IMG/VR virus record: IMGVR_UViG_3300029319_000002 | Span: 32,001 to 96,000 of that record | Direction: 5' to 3' (one strand) | Length of the DNA: 64,000 nt | From: a virus | Shown: positions 29,912 to 37,303 of the stretch, in pieces | Numbering within the stretch: position 1 is the first letter of the stretch | How the letters are laid out: each line of letters starts with the position of its first letter | The notes under the pieces: model-generated | What the model saw: the letters and a program-made list of their open reading frames with translations, nothing else | Databases searched by the model: none | Told to the model about the DNA's origin: nothing | Translations under genes and position numbers: made by a program

Positions 29912-30301
29912 ATGACCACTCAAACATTCTCCGAGTTCGTTGCAACTCAAGATGCACGGAACACCATTGAACTTAACGTCCGTAAGTATTCTTTGATGCT
30001 GTGTGATGCACTTGAACTTGATTTCAAGACCAGTCATCCTAACTCTGAACCCTACAAGTTCTACATCGAAAGTGGTCGTAAGTATCACAAAATTATCATG
30101 GAAACTGATGGTGGTTCTAGTCGTCTTGGACCTTCCCGCAGTGTTCATGCCTTTGTTGATAAGAAAACGGGTGATGTTTACAAAGCAGCATCATTCAAAG
30201 CACCTGCAAAGATTGTTCGTTATAATCTTTGCATCATGAGTGACCGTGAATGGTTGTTTGAAAATGCAGATTGGGCAGGTTCTTATCTTTACATCAAGTG
30301 A
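29912..30301 (+). CDS. Conserved phage hypothetical protein (129 aa)
   Basis: GRKYHKII..SVHAFVDKKTGDVYKAASFKAPAK motif, recalled as widespread in marine myoviruses. Confidence 0.85.
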   Translation: MTTQTFSEFVATQDARNTIELNVRKYSLMLCDALELDFKTSHPNSEPYKFYIESGRKYHKIIMETDGGSSRLGPSRSVHAFVDKKTGDVYKAASFKAPAKIVRYNLCIMSDREWLFENADWAGSYLYIK

Positions 30302-30311
30302 GGATCAAAAA

Positions 30312-30479
30312 ATGATTACTTCAAAAAAACAAATGCTCCGCATTATGAAAGGTTGTGAGGGTGCAGATACTCTCACCCGTGAGCAAAAGTTCCAAGTCTT
30401 TGTCAACGTGTGCGACAACATGTTGAAGGAAGGTAGAATGTCCAAAGCAACTCACAAACGGTTCACTCACATTTGGTAA
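30312..30479 (+). CDS. Hypothetical protein (55 aa; start re-called to the ATG at 30312)
   Basis: MITSKKQMLRIMK...EQKFQVFVNVCDNMLKEGRMSK..H.RFTHIW. Confidence 0.75.
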   Translation: MITSKKQMLRIMKGCEGADTLTREQKFQVFVNVCDNMLKEGRMSKATHKRFTHIW

Positions 30480-30763
30480 TGGAACTTCCTCATGATTTCC
30501 CCCATCAACCCCCAGAAGGTTACTCCTATGAAATACAAAATCACAAAAGGAATGTGGTTGCTATTTGGTTACGGGATCACCGCAAGTATTCTTACACTAA
30601 TGATGATGTTAGGACTATTTGGGGATTCTACAATGGAAAAAAAGGAGAATACTATGCCCCAATCAATGCAAAGAAAGCAGGAGATGTAGTGAACATAAAT
30701 GATACGCGGAATTACACCGCAATGCAACTTAATTTCAAAGGATTAGAGGGATTTTTTATATGA
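30479..30763 (+). CDS. Conserved cyanophage hypothetical protein (94 aa)
   Basis: TAATG overlap with the upstream gene; FPHQPPEGYSYE..KRNVVAIW..IWGFY..YYAPIN motif. Confidence 0.8.
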   Translation: MELPHDFPHQPPEGYSYEIQNHKRNVVAIWLRDHRKYSYTNDDVRTIWGFYNGKKGEYYAPINAKKAGDVVNINDTRNYTAMQLNFKGLEGFFI

Positions 30764-30778
30764 AATTCCGCGGCACCG

Positions 30779-30838
30779 GAAACCAGTTGACAAGGTGGCA
30801 CAGTGGGGGTTGAGATCCCCCCAGATCTGTGCAATGAT
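30779..30838 (+). promoter_or_regulatory. Early promoter cassette
   Basis: CCAGTT-gaca-AGGTGGCACA; GGGGG-TTGAGAT-CCCCC hairpin with -35 TTGAGA in the loop; weak -10 TGcAATGAT. Confidence 0.6.
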
Positions 30839-30862
30839 ACCATCATGAACAAAGCAAACGAC

Positions 30863-31105
30863 ATGGCAACCAAAATCTTCTCACTGACACCATCCGAACA
30901 ACAGGCAAAGTGGAATGACATTATGGGTCAAATGTGTGCCTATGTTGATGATACAAATGCCGACGTAGATATGGCATATGATTGGGTATGTGAGATGCTC
31001 AACATTTCCTCCTTTGTTGACAATGAAACTGCATGGAATTCTTTCTATGATGTGTGGGAGTCCTGCGATAATCGCAACGACTTGAACACTTTCCAAATCG
31101 TTTGA
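30863..31105 (+). CDS. Hypothetical acidic protein (80 aa; start re-called)
   Basis: MATKIFSLTPSEQQAKW...; the track start at 30803 lies inside the promoter. Confidence 0.7.
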   Translation: MATKIFSLTPSEQQAKWNDIMGQMCAYVDDTNADVDMAYDWVCEMLNISSFVDNETAWNSFYDVWESCDNRNDLNTFQIV

Positions 31106-31347
31106 TAAACTACATCATGACTAAGTTTTATCTTATTCTTTTTATTGCATCATTGTCGGCACTACTAAGCGTTGAAATCATGAATGTAATTGATGCAAAA
31201 AAGATAGAAAAATTAAATGCTGAAATGCGTAAAGAGTTCAATGAAAAGCAAAAGAAAGAAATATCATTGATGAAAAAATTCTGTTTGGAATCAGATCCAT
31301 CAGACTTATATCTAATTGATTTAGAAACTTTGTGTGAAGGATATTGA
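31102..31347 (+). CDS. Small protein with N-terminal hydrophobic helix
   Basis: FYLILFIASLSALLSV followed by a charged helix; start may be the ATG at 31117. Confidence 0.6.
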   Translation: MINYIMTKFYLILFIASLSALLSVEIMNVIDAKKIEKLNAEMRKEFNEKQKKEISLMKKFCLESDPSDLYLIDLETLCEGY

Positions 31348-31517
31348 TGAAAATTATGCAAAACAACTATCTCACTGACTACATCGAATCCAAAGGTTAC
31401 ACTGTTCAAGAGTGTTCCAAACCTGCTAAAAAAGAGATTCCCGCTAACATGCGGGACCGTTATTCTTCCTACGAAGAGTATAAAGAAGCACTGCACGATT
31501 TTCTCAACGGAATGTGA
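31347..31517 (+). CDS. Hypothetical protein (56 aa), not in the track
   Basis: TGATG overlap; MKIMQNNYLTDYIESKGYTVQEC...YEEYKEALHDFLNGM*. Confidence 0.7.
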   Translation: MKIMQNNYLTDYIESKGYTVQECSKPAKKEIPANMRDRYSSYEEYKEALHDFLNGM

Positions 31518-31587
31518 CGGTGAACTAAGTGGCACAGTATTTTGGCACTGGGGTCAAAATCGTGTATTCTATAAGAGTCAAAGGAAC
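31513..31587 (+). promoter_or_regulatory. Early promoter cassette
   Basis: Dyad TGTGACGGTG-aact-AAGTGGCACA; TTGGCA 31542-31547, 17 bp, TATTCT 31565-31570; AAGAGTCAAAGGAAC leader. Confidence 0.85.
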
Positions 31588-31592
31588 ACACT

Positions 31593-31757
31593 ATGAACAC
31601 GAAAGTCGCAAAGCACCTCTCAATCCCTGAGAATCGCATCAACTATTCTTTTCACTTTCTTGGTGAGTTTGGTCCTGATTTTGTAGATTACAAAAAATGT
31701 TATGATGCCATTGCAAAATGGTCTGACAAACTTGACACCTCTGAGGCACACTATTGA
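31593..31757 (+). CDS. Hypothetical protein (54 aa), not in the track
   Basis: MNTKVAKHLSIPENRINYSFHFLGEF...SEAHY*, first gene after the promoter. Confidence 0.75.
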   Translation: MNTKVAKHLSIPENRINYSFHFLGEFGPDFVDYKKCYDAIAKWSDKLDTSEAHY

Positions 31758-31945
31758 TGCAAACAACAACAGCAACTTATCAGATTCAAGTTACAACTGA
31801 CGAAGGACATTTGTCATTCTTAAAAGACATGCCCACACGTCCAAAAACACAAAAGGGGATCAAATCACAGAACAATAAGTTATCAAAATGGGTAGAAAAA
31901 CAATATCCTAATTTTACTTCCTACGACATTTCTCTTCTCAACTGA
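31757..31945 (+). CDS. Hypothetical protein (62 aa)
   Basis: TGATG-coupled; YQIQVTTDEG.LSFLK.MPTRPKT.KGIK.QNNKL. Confidence 0.75.
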   Translation: MQTTTATYQIQVTTDEGHLSFLKDMPTRPKTQKGIKSQNNKLSKWVEKQYPNFTSYDISLLN

Positions 31946-32118
31946 TGACTTATTCTGAACTTTTAGTGCAGTTGCTTCAACTTAACGCGGAACAGTTGCG
32001 GCAAGACGTTACAATCTACGACATACATAGTGATGAACATTATCCTATGAAAGAGTTTGTGTATACAACTGATGCACAAAATGTTCTAGACACTGATCAC
32101 CCCATTCTTTCTTTCTGA
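31945..32118 (+). CDS. Hypothetical protein (57 aa), not in the track
   Basis: TGATG-coupled; MTYSELLVQLLQLNAEQLRQDVTIYD...VLDTDHPILSF*. Confidence 0.75.
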   Translation: MTYSELLVQLLQLNAEQLRQDVTIYDIHSDEHYPMKEFVYTTDAQNVLDTDHPILSF

Positions 32119-32121
32119 GTT

Positions 32122-32535
32122 ATGGCAACCCGAGCACGAATTGGTATTCAAAATGATGACGGAACTATCCGGTCTGTTTATCACCATTGGGATGGTTATC
32201 CTGACTGGTTAGGTAGAGCTTTACGTCAACATTTTAACACCGTTGATAAAGTGAACACACTAATCGATGGGGGTGATATGTCATCATGTTACACAAATTT
32301 AGGTTTCAATAATGAAACAAGGGAAACAACTGGACCACTTTACTATTCAGAACGTGGTGAAAATGTTCCTGCAAAAGTAAATACAAATTTTGATAATTAT
32401 ATGCAATATAATAATGCAAGTGAGGAATTTTATTACCTTTTCTTGAATGACGAATGGAAGTGTTATTTTCTTAGGGGAGAGATGTCGGGTTACCCAACTT
32501 ACACTGAGCAAGTGATACCGGAGGGAGACTTATGA
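32122..32535 (+). CDS. Conserved phage protein with YxHWDGYP motif (137 aa)
   Basis: MATRARIGI..SVYHHWDGYPDWLG..L.IDGGDMSS pattern. Confidence 0.85.
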   Translation: MATRARIGIQNDDGTIRSVYHHWDGYPDWLGRALRQHFNTVDKVNTLIDGGDMSSCYTNLGFNNETRETTGPLYYSERGENVPAKVNTNFDNYMQYNNASEEFYYLFLNDEWKCYFLRGEMSGYPTYTEQVIPEGDL

Positions 32536-32717
32536 ACCCTGATGATATACAATTAACAGGCATAGCAAAATCTTTTGAATATGAGAAACTATCCCGTGAA
32601 ATTGATACAATCAATGATGCAAAAACTTTGAAGCATATGCTGAAATCTTATATTAAATTATTCCTAAAACAACAGGAAACACTAAATTCTATTTCATACA
32701 TGAAAATAGATGATTAA
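32532..32717 (+). CDS. Conserved cyanomyovirus helical protein, possibly NblA-like (61 aa)
   Basis: Two predicted amphipathic helices: IQLT..KSFEYEKLSREID / LKHMLKSYIKLFLKQQET. Confidence 0.55.
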   Translation: MNPDDIQLTGIAKSFEYEKLSREIDTINDAKTLKHMLKSYIKLFLKQQETLNSISYMKIDD

Positions 32718-32754
32718 AGTATGATAAACTATTATGTAAGTTTAAATTACTTTT

Positions 32755-32946
32755 ATGCTCAAACATCTAGACAAAATGTCAGACGAGATGAGGCAATCTT
32801 TATCTGAAGATTGTGAGGATTATTTACTCCATCGGCACATTCCTTTGCGTTCACATTCTGCTGAGGATATTATCACTCAGGCAGTGCGTGAGGGTTATCA
32901 AATAGAGAAATTTGACCGGTTTATTAACAAACCCCCTGGACAGTGA
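32755..32946 (+). CDS. Hypothetical protein (63 aa)
   Basis: Track ORF; its last codons lie in the next promoter dyad. Confidence 0.65.
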   Translation: MLKHLDKMSDEMRQSLSEDCEDYLLHRHIPLRSHSAEDIITQAVREGYQIEKFDRFINKPPGQ

Positions 32947-33011
32947 TTAAAGTGGCACACAGACCCTTGTAGGTGCTCCAAAATCGTGTATTCTATGAGA
33001 GTCAAAGGAAC
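32936..33011 (+). promoter_or_regulatory. Early promoter cassette
   Basis: Dyad CTGGACAGTG-atta-AAGTGGCACA; TATTCT 32989-32994; 32/33 identical to 31555-31587. Confidence 0.85.
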
Positions 33012-33023
33012 GGAGTTCAAACG

Positions 33024-33275
33024 ATGCAACTGACTTCAAAGGATGGCAACATGGTTGTTGACTTCTATCCCGTCAAATTTGCAACGGGTGAGATTCACAA
33101 TCGTCTGATGCTCAAAGTTGTTACTTTCATGGGTGCAACTCAATCCAAGCGTTACATCAACAAAAAAGATTTTCAGTATGAGTTTGATTCCCGCACTCAT
33201 GGTTATGGTTATGAAGTAACCGACGAATCTATGATTCCGCAGTTGTTCAACTCTGCAATGTGTCTTGCTTGCTGA
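33024..33275 (+). CDS. Hypothetical protein (83 aa; start re-called)
   Basis: MQLTSKDGNMVVDFYP...; the track start at 32973 overlaps the promoter. Confidence 0.75.
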   Translation: MQLTSKDGNMVVDFYPVKFATGEIHNRLMLKVVTFMGATQSKRYINKKDFQYEFDSRTHGYGYEVTDESMIPQLFNSAMCLAC

Positions 33276-33321
33276 TGTTGTACCTCCTCTCTATTGTTGT
33301 TATCATCATTTCACTTTTCTC

Positions 33322-33594
33322 ATGACTGACTTCATTTGTGCTTACTTTGGTAAAGGTTCTGATGGTAAAGAATGGACCATCACTGCCCGTGGGTTTGCAT
33401 CACTTAGGCAGGCAGAAAAGCATGGTCTTTACATGATGCCAACTGCTGGAGTTTTAGGGTTTGCTGTTATTTCAGAGAATGAAGAAGCATGGATTCTTTA
33501 CACTGATTACAGTATTCTTCCCCCGAATACTTCTGTGACACAAGATCTAAACGGTTTTAATGTTACAATGGCACCTCAACTTCAGTATATCTGA
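33322..33594 (+). CDS. Hypothetical protein (90 aa; start re-called)
   Basis: MTDFICAYFGKG...; preceded by a pyrimidine-rich leader like other early genes. Confidence 0.7.
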   Translation: MTDFICAYFGKGSDGKEWTITARGFASLRQAEKHGLYMMPTAGVLGFAVISENEEAWILYTDYSILPPNTSVTQDLNGFNVTMAPQLQYI

Positions 33595-33597
33595 TTC

Positions 33598-33930
33598 ATG
33601 TTCAATTTTACACCTGAAACCACCGAAACCACTGAAACCATGACTTCTGCATCAAATCAAATTTTCTTTGTTCCTTTATCTGAGTGTAAGAATAAAGTTA
33701 TCACAATTTCTTGGAAATTTCCATATCATAAGATCACAAAAGCAGGTGAAGATTATGGGTTCTTTGTTGCCACCAAATCTCAACCTTCGGCACCTGCAAT
33801 ACTTAAGAATCGTACATGGGGATATAAACGTGCTCAGTACAAAGGTTTGAATGGATGGTATGTTTATGTGAAGCAATTTACAAATGGATTTATTCCTGAA
33901 GACTATGTTTATATTGAAGCATCAAAATGA
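33598..33930 (+). CDS. Hypothetical protein (110 aa)
   Basis: Track ORF, ATGA-coupled to the next gene. Confidence 0.65.
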   Translation: MFNFTPETTETTETMTSASNQIFFVPLSECKNKVITISWKFPYHKITKAGEDYGFFVATKSQPSAPAILKNRTWGYKRAQYKGLNGWYVYVKQFTNGFIPEDYVYIEASK

Positions 33931-34214
33931 TTAGTTCTGCATCTTCTACTGATTGGGATGACTTTTGGAGTGGTCCCAATCCCGACAACATTCCCTCTAT
34001 TTTCTCTGACAAAATGACTGCTTCCACTGTGAAAGAAAATGTGATCGATCGTGATGAACTTCAGTCTAATTTGATCAATCAAGTTTTAGATGATATGGAT
34101 CTAAAGACAATGTATGCGTGTTTGTATGATTATATGAGTGAAAGTTATGACAAGTATAGTGTGGATGAACTGATCGAAGAAGTGGAGGAGTATTATCCTG
34201 ATTTGCTTGAATGA
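33927..34214 (+). CDS. Acidic hypothetical protein (95 aa)
   Basis: C-terminal DRDEL...ILDDMD.K...L.E.YD.YSVDELIEEVEEYYPDLL pattern. Confidence 0.7.
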   Translation: MISSASSTDWDDFWSGPNPDNIPSIFSDKMTASTVKENVIDRDELQSNLINQVLDDMDLKTMYACLYDYMSESYDKYSVDELIEEVEEYYPDLLE

Positions 34215-34263
34215 GTGTTAAATAGTAAGGTTACAGTTATTATTGTTTTTTTCTAATTAAATT

Positions 34264-34395
34264 ATGACACTTTCTGAATTGCGTTCTCAAATTGACAATG
34301 ATGAAGTCTTTAGTGATTTCATTGAAGTTATTGAAGAGGAAGCAAGCAAATATGAGGTAACGGTTGATTACTATGTCGAAGAATTTATGCTATAA
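34264..34395 (+). CDS. Small acidic protein (43 aa), not in the track
   Basis: MTLSELRSQIDNDEVFSDFIEVIEEEASKYEVTVDYYVEEFML*. Confidence 0.65.
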   Translation: MTLSELRSQIDNDEVFSDFIEVIEEEASKYEVTVDYYVEEFML

Positions 34396-34433
34396 TCTTT
34401 AACAGAGCACTATACTTTTTCCCGGAGTTTCTC

Positions 34434-34580
34434 ATGACAATCAACAAAAAGGACAAAGATTTTATGACTGCGAGTGATGTTTATGATCTAATTGTTGAAT
34501 TACGTCGTGAGGAAAGGTTCAATCGTGATGATGATTATGAGTGTGTGAATGTTGAAGAGGAGGAATATATTGCAAACTAA
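34434..34580 (+). CDS. Small acidic protein (48 aa), not in the track
   Basis: MTINKKDKDFMTASDVYDLIVELRREERFNRDDDY...*; TGcTATAAT at 34388-34396 upstream. Confidence 0.6.
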   Translation: MTINKKDKDFMTASDVYDLIVELRREERFNRDDDYECVNVEEEEYIAN

Positions 34581-34583
34581 ATA
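34577..34583 (+). promoter_or_regulatory. T4-type late promoter inside the early island
   Basis: CTAAATA 37 bp upstream of the ATG at 34620. Confidence 0.55.
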
Positions 34584-34619
34584 TCAACATAATGATGAAT
34601 TGATGGGGAGTCAGACTGG

Positions 34620-35780
34620 ATGATTACATATGAGCAAAGTATCAAGGAAATGAAATTCCTTGCAAGTAATCGTAATTTTTTCCTTGAAGGAAAAGGTGGA
34701 ATTGAATTATTTGGGTATCCATATAGTTCTTATTGGTCAATGCGATCTCAACAAAATTCGATTGAAACATATTGGCCCAATAATGTTTACGGGGTAGCAA
34801 AGAATATAAAGAAGTATATTACGGATGGAACTGGTATCGACGTGAATCAAATGTCTTTACCTGCTGTTACCCGTCATGGAATACATTTTGAGATGTTTAC
34901 ACATAAGGACCTACATCCTTATGAGTTTCCAGAAGGTGATCCAAACGTAGAATTCAACACAGTGTTATCGTGGCCCTCATTTATGGACCCGATTTATGAA
35001 AGAAATGTAGGTAAAGATAAAGTATTACCAACTGCTGCACCTTTTGTGTATTCTTATCATAATTGGAAGAAAGCAAGAGAAGAAGATGGAACACTGGATA
35101 AAGTAAAAAGAAAGGGAACAATCTTCTTCCCTCGTCATTCAACAACGTCTAGGACTGTTGTAACTGATTATAAGAAGATGTGGAGAGATCTAGAGAATCT
35201 CCCTGAAGAAATGAAACCGGTTAAAGTATGTGTATTCCATGCAGATGTTGATCTAGGTGTTGCTGATGATGCTATTGCTAGAGGTTATGAAACCTTCTGT
35301 TGTGGTCTTACAGTAGATCAGAACTTTCACTGGAGAATGATGGATTTATTCGCAGGTGCAAAGTATGCATGTAGTCAGAAGATTACCAGCAATGCAATGT
35401 ATGCAACTCTATGTGGAGTTAATTATTTCTTATTAGATGCAAAGATGAGATATATCAATCAAGATCAATTTACTATCTTAAGAATGAAAGATGGAGAAGA
35501 TCCTGAGAAAGCATTACAACATAAGAGAGAAGTAACTGAACAGTTTAGAGCAATAGATTTAGATGCATTTCCTGAACGATTGAAGACTGCTAGGAGATTA
35601 TTATCAGCAGATCGTAAAGTATCACCAGAGAAGTATCTTACACAGTTGTTAGATCTTTCAGGAAAACATTATTCAGAGAGAACAGCAAAGAGATATGATC
35701 TTATTCATCCTAGTAGAGTACCTTATCCTACTTGTGTGAATCGTATGAAAATGGACGCGGAAAGATTAAAAATGACTTAA
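34620..35780 (+). CDS. Putative polysaccharide-biosynthesis/glycosyltransferase-like protein (386 aa)
   Basis: KGTIFFPRHST..L..LPEE..PVKVCVFHAD..G..DQNFHWRMMDLF..YACS..ITSNAMYA.LCG resembles proteins I recall from bacterial O-antigen/capsule loci. Confidence 0.5.
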   Translation: MITYEQSIKEMKFLASNRNFFLEGKGGIELFGYPYSSYWSMRSQQNSIETYWPNNVYGVAKNIKKYITDGTGIDVNQMSLPAVTRHGIHFEMFTHKDLHPYEFPEGDPNVEFNTVLSWPSFMDPIYERNVGKDKVLPTAAPFVYSYHNWKKAREEDGTLDKVKRKGTIFFPRHSTTSRTVVTDYKKMWRDLENLPEEMKPVKVCVFHADVDLGVADDAIARGYETFCCGLTVDQNFHWRMMDLFAGAKYACSQKITSNAMYATLCGVNYFLLDAKMRYINQDQFTILRMKDGEDPEKALQHKREVTEQFRAIDLDAFPERLKTARRLLSADRKVSPEKYLTQLLDLSGKHYSERTAKRYDLIHPSRVPYPTCVNRMKMDAERLKMT

Positions 35781-36149
35781 AAATACGAGTTTACTTGGAT
35801 CTGAAGGATTGTTGTTCTTTGTTATACTAAACCCCTGCTTTTCTTAGTAATAATGGGGGTTTTGATGTTTTTGTTCTATGTGATACTTGTGTTATGAATT
35901 GATTAAAAAAGGTATAAAAAACATACTTTGAAATGTTGTATAAATATCGTGTTTTTTTGTCTTTAATGTACTCAGAAGGTGCTGTGAAGTTACTGTAAAG
36001 GTGCTCTGAAGTGTCTGTTTAATTATTCTCTTAATGTCTTATAAATGTGCGGAGTTCTTGTGAGTTTTGCCTGCGAGCAACCGATTGTCAACCCCCTTGA
36101 CATCAGACCCGAAAAATATTATAATATCAGGGAATCGCATAAAACTCTG
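35781..36149. other. About 370 bp non-coding control region (AT-rich tract, iteron-like repeat, orphan late promoter)
   Basis: TATAAATA 35939-35946; AAGGTGCT(G/C)TGAAGT at 35976 and 35998; AAACCCC/GGGGTTT 35829-35862. Confidence 0.6.
36097..36125 (+). promoter_or_regulatory. Perfect-consensus sigma70 promoter
   Basis: TTGACA-17 bp-TATAAT. Confidence 0.9.
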
Positions 36150-36416
36150 ATGAACTCCCAGATCATTGATTACACCTATCAACTATCATTCACCCCAGAA
36201 GAATCATCATGTATTTGTGATCTTGCGATGGATTATGATCAGGGGATCTTATCAGTGTCGTTTCACAGTTCTCCCGATAAAGTATATTTTTATGATGTAA
36301 AAGACAGCAGTGTTTTTGAGTGTTTAGAAGAGGCATCTAAGGACCTGGAAAGATTTTCGATTGGTAAGATTTTCAACTATTATATCACTGATGAAAGTAT
36401 TGTGCCAATCGTATAA
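36150..36416 (+). CDS. KTSC-like small protein (88 aa; start re-called)
   Basis: SS.I..L.MDYD..ILSVSF.SS..VYFYDV...L...SIGKIFN pattern; the track start at 36045 lies upstream of the promoter. Confidence 0.6.
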   Translation: MNSQIIDYTYQLSFTPEESSCICDLAMDYDQGILSVSFHSSPDKVYFYDVKDSSVFECLEEASKDLERFSIGKIFNYYITDESIVPIV

Positions 36417-36458
36417 GTGTCACACAATATAGGCACAGGGTCTCAGATCGTGTATTGT
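36401..36458 (+). promoter_or_regulatory. Early promoter cassette
   Basis: Dyad TGTGCCAATC-gtat-AAGTGTCACA; TAGGCA 36430-36435, 17 bp, TATTGT 36453-36458. Confidence 0.8.
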
Positions 36459-36482
36459 ATATGAGTTGAGACAATTAACAAC

Positions 36483-36617
36483 ATGTTTGAAGAACTCTGG
36501 TCTGAGATCAATGATGCACCCGGTGAGATTTTTGACATTCCTGAGATGAAAGAATTCAACCAAGATAAGGAGGAGGAAAGCTTCGATAAGATGCTAGAAT
36601 CTTCTGTGGAATTCTAA
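36483..36617 (+). CDS. Conserved small acidic cyanophage protein (44 aa), not in the track
   Basis: MFEELWSEINDAPGEIFDIPEM... (recalled family). Confidence 0.75.
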   Translation: MFEELWSEINDAPGEIFDIPEMKEFNQDKEEESFDKMLESSVEF

Positions 36618-36624
36618 AGAGAAA

Positions 36625-36682
36625 TCAGACGGTTCTGGAAGTGTCCACTAATCCCACACAGACCCCCAGAATCGTGTATCTT
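36625..36682 (+). promoter_or_regulatory. Early promoter cassette
   Basis: Dyad TCAGACGGTT-ctgg-AAGTGTCCAC; TATCTT 36677-36682; no recognisable -35. Confidence 0.75.
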
Positions 36683-36739
36683 ATAGGAGTGGAGGGGACA
36701 GCACCCCGACACACTACAAACCCTCTCAAATCGTCTCTC

Positions 36740-37060
36740 ATGCGTAAGATCGAACAGCAGATGAACAACGCAGTTTCCAACAACAAAGATTGGCAATCTG
36801 CTAACACTTCTGTTCACTTTGATCCTGAAACTGGTGTCTCTGTGATTCGTCTCCATGGCAATAAGATTGCTGAGGTTGGTGACACTTGGATGCAAATCTG
36901 GGATGGTGGTTGGCAATCTAACACCACAAAGTCCCGTCTGAATGCACTACTTTCTGCCTTCGGAATTGATGGTGAGAAAGTATTTCAAAAGGACTTTCAG
37001 TGGTTCCTGATGCAAGATGGGGGAGCAATTCCTTTCTTCTCCGGTATGCGTCTTGCCTGA
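36740..37060 (+). CDS. Conserved cyanophage hypothetical protein (106 aa; start re-called)
   Basis: MRKIEQQM..A...WQSANT.V..LHGNKIAE..DGGWQSNTTKSRLNA motif. Confidence 0.85.
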   Translation: MRKIEQQMNNAVSNNKDWQSANTSVHFDPETGVSVIRLHGNKIAEVGDTWMQIWDGGWQSNTTKSRLNALLSAFGIDGEKVFQKDFQWFLMQDGGAIPFFSGMRLA

Positions 37061-37260
37061 TGTTTGCTGCCTTAAGTAAGAAACGTTCTTTTCTTCTTCA
37101 AACAATGTTCAAGACCATCTGTAAAACTTGCACTCTTATTCTCATTGCCTCTCTTCTCTGGAATAGCAATGATGCCCGAACTTTCACTGCTGACGTTCTC
37201 ACTGATGCAGCAGAGATTGTCCGACCCGAATCTGAAGCATCTCTGAAGATTATCTTCTGA
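37060..37260 (+). CDS. Small protein with hydrophobic segment (up to 66 aa)
   Basis: TGATG overlap; CTLILIASLLWNS.DARTFTAD.L..AA..VRP. Confidence 0.6.
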   Translation: MFAALSKKRSFLLQTMFKTICKTCTLILIASLLWNSNDARTFTADVLTDAAEIVRPESEASLKIIF

Positions 37261-37303
37261 TTCTTATCACTCACTGTTCACCCCTTAATTAACAACAACT
37301 CTA

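Noticed and set aside
36063-36091. Minus-strand promoter from the inverted TTGACA at 36086-36091
   Set aside because: The -10 position reads AAAACT, a poor match, and no minus ORF follows. The TGTCAA-ccccc-TTGACA palindrome may be a decayed version of the 37793-37807 pair.
26476-36682. Regularly recurring repeats resembling a CRISPR-like array
   Set aside because: The spacers are whole genes of variable length and the repeats contain promoter boxes; no cas genes.
30803-37000. Track start codons at 30803, 32973, 33265, 36045, 36641 and 37000
   Set aside because: They lie within or upstream of promoter cassettes or overlap the previous gene; downstream ATGs were used instead.
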